From Sulfurimonas sp. (GTDB lineage: Bacteria; Campylobacterota; Campylobacteria; Campylobacterales; Sulfurimonadaceae): DNA of 64,000 nt. Below, piece by piece: positions 9,461-14,523 of this stretch. Where the stretch lies: NCBI RefSeq assembly GCF_028694895.1, contig NZ_JAQVKA010000002.1:2963-66962 (forward strand), read 5' to 3'. The number at the start of each line of letters is the position of its first letter. The stretch's first letter is position 1. The notes below the pieces were generated by a model. The model saw nothing but the letters and a program-made list of their open reading frames with translations. It made no database searches and was not told the origin of the DNA. Made by a program: the position numbers and the translations under genes.

Positions 9461-10035
9461 ATCTAGCCTTATTTGATTTTGATGGAACACTAACTACAAA
9501 AGACTCTTTAGATGAGTTTTTAAGATACAGCGTTGGCAAAAATAGATACCTACTAAACATGCTCAAATTCATTCCTAATTTTGCTCTTTGGAAATTAAGA
9601 TTTATATCAAACTCAAAAGCAAAAGAACGTTTATTTGAGATATTTTTCAAAGGCATGGACGAGGCACTATTTCGAGCTAAAGCAAAAAGTTTTTCTCTAT
9701 ATAAACTTGACTCAATCATAAATGAGCAGAGAATGAACATCCTTAAAGAACATCAACAGAGCAACACAAGAGTAGTAATAGTCTCAGCTTCTATGAAGTG
9801 TTGGTTAGAGCCATGGTGTAGAAAAAATGATATTGAACTTCTATCCACTGAACTAAAGTTTGAAGATGGCAAATACAGTGGCAAATTTTTAACCCCAAAC
9901 TGCCATGGACAAGAGAAAACCAATCGCATAAAAGAGTATCTAAATCTTGATGAGTATGAGACTATTTATGCATACGGAGATAGCTCTGGAGATATGCAGA
10001 TGCTGGCTATGGCACACTTCCCAACAAAGTACTAA
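9457..10035 (+). CDS. HAD-IB family hydrolase/phosphatase
   Basis: 192 aa with a TTG start overlapping the upstream stop. HAD motif I DFDGTLT and motif IV GDSSGD. Confidence 0.8.
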   Translation: MNLALFDFDGTLTTKDSLDEFLRYSVGKNRYLLNMLKFIPNFALWKLRFISNSKAKERLFEIFFKGMDEALFRAKAKSFSLYKLDSIINEQRMNILKEHQQSNTRVVIVSASMKCWLEPWCRKNDIELLSTELKFEDGKYSGKFLTPNCHGQEKTNRIKEYLNLDEYETIYAYGDSSGDMQMLAMAHFPTKY

Positions 10036-10049
10036 TTAAAAATCTAATG

Positions 10050-10066
10050 GGCTAATAACTTTAGCC
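10050..10066 (+). terminator. hairpin after the HAD gene (GGCTAA-taact-TTAGCC) followed by a T-rich tract
   Basis: 6-bp perfect stem 15 nt after the stop codon. The downstream sequence ttgttaatcttatttgttt is T-rich. Confidence 0.4.
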
Positions 10067-10302
10067 TTGTTAATCTTATTTGTTTAAGCTACATCGTGTT
10101 TGTTATGTAGTTTTTTCAACAATTAACAAACACTTTTGTATGTTATTTCTCCATATGACATTTAACACACACTAAATATTTAAGAATAATAAGTATATTT
10201 TCTCCTAAAGTTAAAAAATATTGTAATTTGTCATATTTTTCATCAAATTTTAATAATTAACACACATTTAACATGTAAGTTATTTTTATTTTTTTAAGTT
10301 GG

Positions 10303-10314
10303 TGTGTATATAAT
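10303..10314 (+). promoter_or_regulatory. promoter-like element (TGTGTATATAAT) 16 nt upstream of the first cassette boundary
   Basis: TATAAT at 10309-10314 preceded by TG repeats. It is the only obvious -10 box upstream of cassettes 1 and 2, and neither cassette has a comparable box of its own. Confidence 0.35.
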
Positions 10315-10342
10315 GTGTTTGAATAAATAGTTATGTGAAGGA

Positions 10343-10846
10343 ATGAATATGCATGAAGAAAAATCTGTACAAGAAATGATGTCTGCTTTAGGAATGGCTA
10401 CATTTCAGGCACAAGCACTTGAATATTCACTTGTTACATTGCATGCAGTTACAGTCCGAAAGAATGAAAAACCAGAAAAGAATATCATTCAAGATCTAAT
10501 GGATACGCGATACAAGCAAACCTTAGGACGACTGATAACAGATGCGTTTAAAACGCTTGATATACCTATTTCATTACAAGAAAAATTAAAAAATGCCTTA
10601 GAAAAAAGAAACTGGGTTACACATCACTTTTTTCGTAAATATGGTGCGATTGTATTTAATGTAGAGCTTCAAAAAAAAGTAACGCAAGAACTTATTGATA
10701 TTTGGTTATTTTTAGAAACTGTATGTGACGCCATACATGAATTGTCAGTACAAAGACTAAAAGATACTGGAAAGTCAGAAGTTGAAATCAATAAAGGCAT
10801 AGAAGAAGCAGTAAACAAGTATCTAAATGAATTAGCAAACACATAA
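10343..10846 (+). CDS. hypothetical protein, cassette 1; HEPN-like candidate (Rx4H motif)
   Basis: 167 aa with a sequence pattern that looks all-helical. R89-N-W-V-T-H94 (nt 10607-10624) fits the HEPN Rx4-6H catalytic motif and follows a TLGRLI...L...L helix pattern. GAAGGA ribosome-binding site. The ORF starts 7 nt after the cassette boundary box. Confidence 0.35.
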   Translation: MNMHEEKSVQEMMSALGMATFQAQALEYSLVTLHAVTVRKNEKPEKNIIQDLMDTRYKQTLGRLITDAFKTLDIPISLQEKLKNALEKRNWVTHHFFRKYGAIVFNVELQKKVTQELIDIWLFLETVCDAIHELSVQRLKDTGKSEVEINKGIEEAVNKYLNELANT

Positions 10847-10910
10847 CAAGTACGAGGAGACCAATAATTTACCCTAGCGGGAAAATTATTGCTCACGACA
10901 AACGTTGTAC
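10841..10910 (+). repeat. attC-like recombination site 1 (70 bp)
   Basis: ACATAAC-15 nt-AATAATTTACCC-TAGC-GGGAAAATTATT-13 nt-GTTGTAC. The 5' box overlaps the stop codon (10844-10846). The 12-bp apical stem has one A/A mismatch. The flanking arms pair only with bulges. Confidence 0.6.
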
Positions 10911-10927
10911 TATAAAAGGAACACTAA

Positions 10928-12328
10928 ATGATAAATAATTTTTATAGTGATATATTTCAAGTAAAACCTTCAGATTTAAAAACATATGATGTTTTCAATG
11001 GCTTTATCAATAAAGATTCACTTTATTATATAGTTCCTAGTGAACTTGAAAATATTCAAATAACAGAATTTAAAAAATCTTATTCTAAATACAAATTATT
11101 TTTTGAAAACATTATTAAGTTATTAGACAACTCAAATGGAAATGATAGGCTATATAGACAAGTTGAAAAATTATTTAGATTACATGAAGTAGGACATATA
11201 GGTTTGGGCTATTCAGAAAATAGCAAAAAAGGTTCTGGTATTGGTCCAAAATTAGCAGAAAAATTAACTCAGACTGCTTATGAACTTGTAAAAGTTGGAA
11301 TCAAAGATCCTGAAGTATTTCATTTGGTTGGATTACTTGAAGAAGGAATAGGTGCAGATAGAATTAGCGATATAACAGTTGCTATATTATTAGATGATTT
11401 TTTAACTTATACACAAAATGTATCTTTAAAATTAAAAATTAAAACGAATAAGTTCTCGTATAATAAAATTGACTATGCAATCCCTTTTTATCAAGATAAT
11501 CCAATAATATTTTGTCCAAAATCACTATTAACAGATTTACCAGTTGCTCTTGATTCAGAAGATATAAGTACTGTATGTTCTCATAATGAAGACTTACGAA
11601 ATAAAGCAAATCAGATTATTGCAGATGGTTTTTCCCAAGGCACGGTTAACTCTAAATTATATAAACAAAATTTAAAGTCACTCATACTTGCTAATCCTAA
11701 ACTTGTTCAAGAAGCTATAGCTACATATAAAGATAAAAGTACTTTTTATGATTTTGATAAAGACCCAAATGGAGATTTTATTTGGAAAGAGATAGCAGAA
11801 AATAGTATCAACAAGTATCCTTTACAGTTAGACAATAATAAAAAGCCTATTGAAATAGTAAATGATATATGTAATAAATTTCAAGATATGGTTGAAAATA
11901 ATGGACTTTGGAAGTTTTTTCATAATAGTGATGGGACACATAAAAATGAAACATTTTCACAATTACTATTTTTTGCAATAGCTCATTCATATTGCGAAAC
12001 TAATAACTTAGACTTAAGTCCAGAATCAGATGCAGGGAGAGGTCCTGTTGACTTTAAAATCAGCCAAGGCTTTAATGATAAAATAAATGTTGAAATTAAA
12101 CTTTCCACTAACAGATTATTGCATGGATTTCAAACTCAATTACCAATATATGATAAAGCAGAAAAAACTAATAAAAGTATTTTTTTAATTATTCAACTAT
12201 ACGATAGGCATGACAAGCAAATAAAAAAGGTGTTTGACTATAAAAATAAACATGAAACAGTAGATAAAAAACTTCCAAACATAGTAGTTATTGACGCTAC
12301 AAAAAAGATGTCAGCAAGTAAGTCGTAA
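10928..12328 (+). CDS. hypothetical protein, cassette 2; C-terminal RecB/Cas4-type PD-(D/E)xK nuclease domain, with an N-terminal region of about 330 aa of unknown function
   Basis: 466 aa. Ordered motif set: E341, GPVD375F, VE389-I-K391 and Q404-LPI-Y408 (nt 11948-12151). This is the nuclease core D...(D/E)xK...QxxxY. I recognise no family for the N-terminal two thirds. Confidence 0.5.
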   Translation: MINNFYSDIFQVKPSDLKTYDVFNGFINKDSLYYIVPSELENIQITEFKKSYSKYKLFFENIIKLLDNSNGNDRLYRQVEKLFRLHEVGHIGLGYSENSKKGSGIGPKLAEKLTQTAYELVKVGIKDPEVFHLVGLLEEGIGADRISDITVAILLDDFLTYTQNVSLKLKIKTNKFSYNKIDYAIPFYQDNPIIFCPKSLLTDLPVALDSEDISTVCSHNEDLRNKANQIIADGFSQGTVNSKLYKQNLKSLILANPKLVQEAIATYKDKSTFYDFDKDPNGDFIWKEIAENSINKYPLQLDNNKKPIEIVNDICNKFQDMVENNGLWKFFHNSDGTHKNETFSQLLFFAIAHSYCETNNLDLSPESDAGRGPVDFKISQGFNDKINVEIKLSTNRLLHGFQTQLPIYDKAEKTNKSIFLIIQLYDRHDKQIKKVFDYKNKHETVDKKLPNIVVIDATKKMSASKS

Positions 12329-12330
12329 AA

Positions 12331-12398
12331 GTACAACAAAACATAGTAGTCAATAAATTACCTAGCGGCAATTTATTGACTATATTCAAACGTTATAC
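12331..12398 (+). repeat. attC-like recombination site 2 (68 bp)
   Basis: GTACAAC-9 nt-TAGTCAATAAATTACC-TAGC-GGCAATTTATTGACTA-9 nt-GTTATAC. Starts 3 nt after the stop codon. Shares with site 1 the CC-TAGC-GG apex, the unpaired A next to the apex and the CAAACGTT(G/A)TAC 3' end. One stem pair covaries relative to site 1. Confidence 0.6.
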
Positions 12399-12412
12399 CC
12401 AAAAAATAAATA

Positions 12413-12421
12413 TGCTATAAT
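12413..12421 (+). promoter_or_regulatory. extended -10 promoter candidate (TGCTATAAT) internal to cassette 3
   Basis: Perfect TGnTATAAT 21 nt upstream of the antitoxin ATG. GGAAAG ribosome-binding site. Confidence 0.45.
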
Positions 12422-12441
12422 ACAAGAAAAAAGGAAAGTGC

Positions 12442-12630
12442 ATGGTAGCTGTAAAACAAGAAGCACAAGATATGATTCAAAATCTTCCTGACAACTGTAC
12501 ATATGAAGATATTCAGTATCATCTTTATGTTGTAGAAAAAATCAAAAATGGCATTAATCGTGCAGAAAATGGTGAAGTCTCATCTCATCAAGACGCAAAA
12601 GAAAGAATGGCTAAATGGCTATCAAACTAG
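12442..12630 (+). CDS. putative antitoxin, partner of the downstream RelE/ParE toxin
   Basis: 62 aa acidic protein. Overlaps the toxin ORF by 16 nt, which is the classic type II TA arrangement. Confidence 0.6.
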   Translation: MVAVKQEAQDMIQNLPDNCTYEDIQYHLYVVEKIKNGINRAENGEVSSHQDAKERMAKWLSN

Positions 12631-12926
12631 AGTGGTCAGAAGAAGCTCTTGAAGATATCGAATCTATTGCTATTTACATAGAAAAAGATTCGCCTGCGTA
12701 TGCAAAGTCCGTTGTTTCAAAGTTTTTTGAAAAAGCGGAGATTTTAAAAAAATTTTCTTCCCTTGGACGCAAAGTTCCTGAACTTAATGATAATAACATT
12801 CGTGAAATATTTGTTTATAGCTATAGACTGATTTACAAAATAGATGAAAATGCAGTTTTATTTGTAGCCATAATACATGGTAAAAGACTTCTTGAAAATC
12901 ACCAAAATATATCTAACAAAACATAG
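12615..12926 (+). CDS. type II toxin-antitoxin system RelE/ParE family toxin
   Basis: 103 aa. Typical ParE/RelE pattern: WSEEALEDIESIAIYIEKDSPAYA...GRKVPEL...IREIFVYSYRLIYKI...VLFVAIIHGKR. Confidence 0.8.
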   Translation: MAIKLEWSEEALEDIESIAIYIEKDSPAYAKSVVSKFFEKAEILKKFSSLGRKVPELNDNNIREIFVYSYRLIYKIDENAVLFVAIIHGKRLLENHQNISNKT

Positions 12927-12929
12927 CAG
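12911..12929 (+). repeat. remnant of attC-like site 3 (5' box and spacer only)
   Basis: ATCTAAC fits RYYYAAC. The following AAAACATAGCAG matches the corresponding part of site 2 (AAAACATAGTAG). The stem, apex and 3' box are missing, and the sequence runs straight into a truncated antitoxin gene. Confidence 0.45.
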
Positions 12930-12934
12930 CTGAT

Positions 12935-13150
12935 GTGTTGAAGCATATAAACGAAACACACCGACCGATGATAATCACACAAAATGGTGAAGCCAAGGCT
13001 GTTATCCAAGATCCAAAAAGTTATGAAGACATGAAAAATGCAATTTCTATTTTAAAGCTTCTTTCTTTTGCAGAAGAAGATATTAAAAACGGAAACCTTC
13101 ATGATGAAGAAGATGTCTTTAGTTCTGTAGAAGAACTACTTAAAAAATGA
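12935..13150 (+). pseudogene. Phd/YefM family antitoxin, N-terminally truncated (about 15-20 aa missing)
   Basis: 71 aa from a GTG codon. INETHRPMIITQNGEAKAVIQDPKSYEDM aligns with the middle of YefM/Phd proteins. The usual N-terminal beta-strand and helix are absent, and the break coincides with the attC remnant. Confidence 0.6.
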
Positions 13151-13371
13151 ATAAAACGTATAAACTTCAATGGACTATAAATGCAAAAAATGACCTTTTA
13201 AATATTGTTGATTACATTAAAAAAGATAGCCCTCATATAGCTAATGAGATTTATTTAAAAATTAGAGCTAAAGCCAAATCGAGCAATTTTTTCCCTTTAA
13301 AAAGTCGTATTGTACCTGAACTTCAAAAAGATAGTTATTGAGCATATCAAAAATATAGACTCATTTCGTAG
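13147..13371 (+). pseudogene. RelE/ParE family toxin remnant (premature stop, C-terminal part lost)
   Basis: The 64-aa ORF resembles the N-terminal 60% of the intact toxin at 12615 (KKDSPHIANEIY...SRIVPELQ). A TGA falls at 13339-13341. The same frame continues as AYQKYRLIS, which recalls the conserved YRLIY strand, and then hits TAG. Confidence 0.6.
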
Positions 13372-13420
13372 TGTAGATAACAAATCAAAAACGGGCTAAT
13401 CAAACTCTTTACATTTTTTT

Positions 13421-13428
13421 TGTATAAT
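13421..13428 (+). promoter_or_regulatory. extended -10 promoter candidate (TGTATAAT) for pyrD
   Basis: TGnTATAAT-like box 36 nt upstream of the pyrD ATG. AGAGG ribosome-binding site. Confidence 0.45.
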
Positions 13429-13463
13429 CACTAAATTTTTATAAAAGGTAAGAGGCAAAATAA

Positions 13464-14522
13464 ATGATAAGTTATCAAAGCATAAAACCTTGGCTGTTTA
13501 AACTTGATCCTGAAAATGCTCACATGTTAGCAGAGGTAGCACTCAGAGTGCCAAATATTTGTCAAGTAGCCTTTAACCCATTTTTAGAGTCTCACTTCAT
13601 AACAAACCCTATCCTAAAACAAGAGCTTTTTGGTCGTACATTTTTTAACCCAATCGGCCTTGGCGCTGGTTTTGACAAAAATGCAACCATGATTCGTGGT
13701 ATTCAGATTTTAGGTTTTGGCTTTACTGAGGTTGGAACTATCACACCAAAAGCTCAAGCTGGAAACCCAAAACCTAGAATGTTTCGTCATATTGAAGAGC
13801 AAAGTATCCAAAATGCGATGGGCTTTAACAATGAGGGACTTATAAGTGCTCAAAAAAGGTTAAAAAAAAGATTTCCATTTACTACTCCTATTGGCATAAA
13901 CATTGGAAAAAATAAACTCACTCCAGATGCTCAAGCTATAAATGACTACACAACTCTTATTAAATCACTTCATGAGTTAGGAGATTATTTAGTCATAAAC
14001 ATCTCATCTCCTAACACTCCCGGTCTTCGTGATTTGCAAAATGAGGAGTTTATTACGAAACTTTTTAAAGAGGCAAAAGCACTAACTTCAAAGCCAATTT
14101 TGTTAAAAATAGCGCCTGATATGAGTAAAGAAGATGCCGTTACACTAGCAAAACTTGCAGTTAAAAATGGTGCTGATGGTATTATCGCAACAAACACTAC
14201 TGTTGATTACTCGCTTGTAAAAGAGCCAAAGAGTTTTGGTGGTTTAAGCGGAGCGGTTTTAAGTGAGAAAAGTTTTGAGATCTTTGAAGCAATAGCAAAA
14301 GAGCTTTATGGCAAAACAACTCTTATCTCTGTAGGTGGCGTATCATCTGCCGCGGAGGCTTATAGACGCATCAAGGCTGGAGCATCACTCATCCAGATAT
14401 ATAGCGCGCTTATCTTTGGCGGCCCAGATTTAGTAAAAAACATAAACAACGAGCTTACAGAGCTTATCAAAGCTGATGGATATACAAATATCACTGAGGC
14501 TATAGGTGCAGATAGAAAATAG
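13464..14522 (+). CDS. pyrD: dihydroorotate dehydrogenase (quinone), class 2
   Basis: 352 aa. Motifs GLGAGFDKN, NISSPNTPGLR and GGVSS, plus the N-terminal extension typical of membrane-associated class 2 enzymes. Confidence 0.95.
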   Translation: MISYQSIKPWLFKLDPENAHMLAEVALRVPNICQVAFNPFLESHFITNPILKQELFGRTFFNPIGLGAGFDKNATMIRGIQILGFGFTEVGTITPKAQAGNPKPRMFRHIEEQSIQNAMGFNNEGLISAQKRLKKRFPFTTPIGINIGKNKLTPDAQAINDYTTLIKSLHELGDYLVINISSPNTPGLRDLQNEEFITKLFKEAKALTSKPILLKIAPDMSKEDAVTLAKLAVKNGADGIIATNTTVDYSLVKEPKSFGGLSGAVLSEKSFEIFEAIAKELYGKTTLISVGGVSSAAEAYRRIKAGASLIQIYSALIFGGPDLVKNINNELTELIKADGYTNITEAIGADRK

Positions 14523-14523
14523 T

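Larger units (their letters stand above)
10330..13381 (+). mobile_element. integron-like gene cassette array without an adjacent integrase (CALIN-type): two intact attC-like sites plus decayed remnants
   Basis: Co-directional ORFs are separated by 68-70 bp imperfect palindromes that begin with an xxxxAAC box and end with a GTTxxxx box. Each cassette-opening 7-mer is exactly complementary to that cassette's own 5' box: GTTATGT (10330) with ACATAAC (10841), and GTTGTAC (10904) with GTACAAC (12331). The block is more AT-rich than its flanks and sits between conserved housekeeping genes. Confidence 0.6.
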
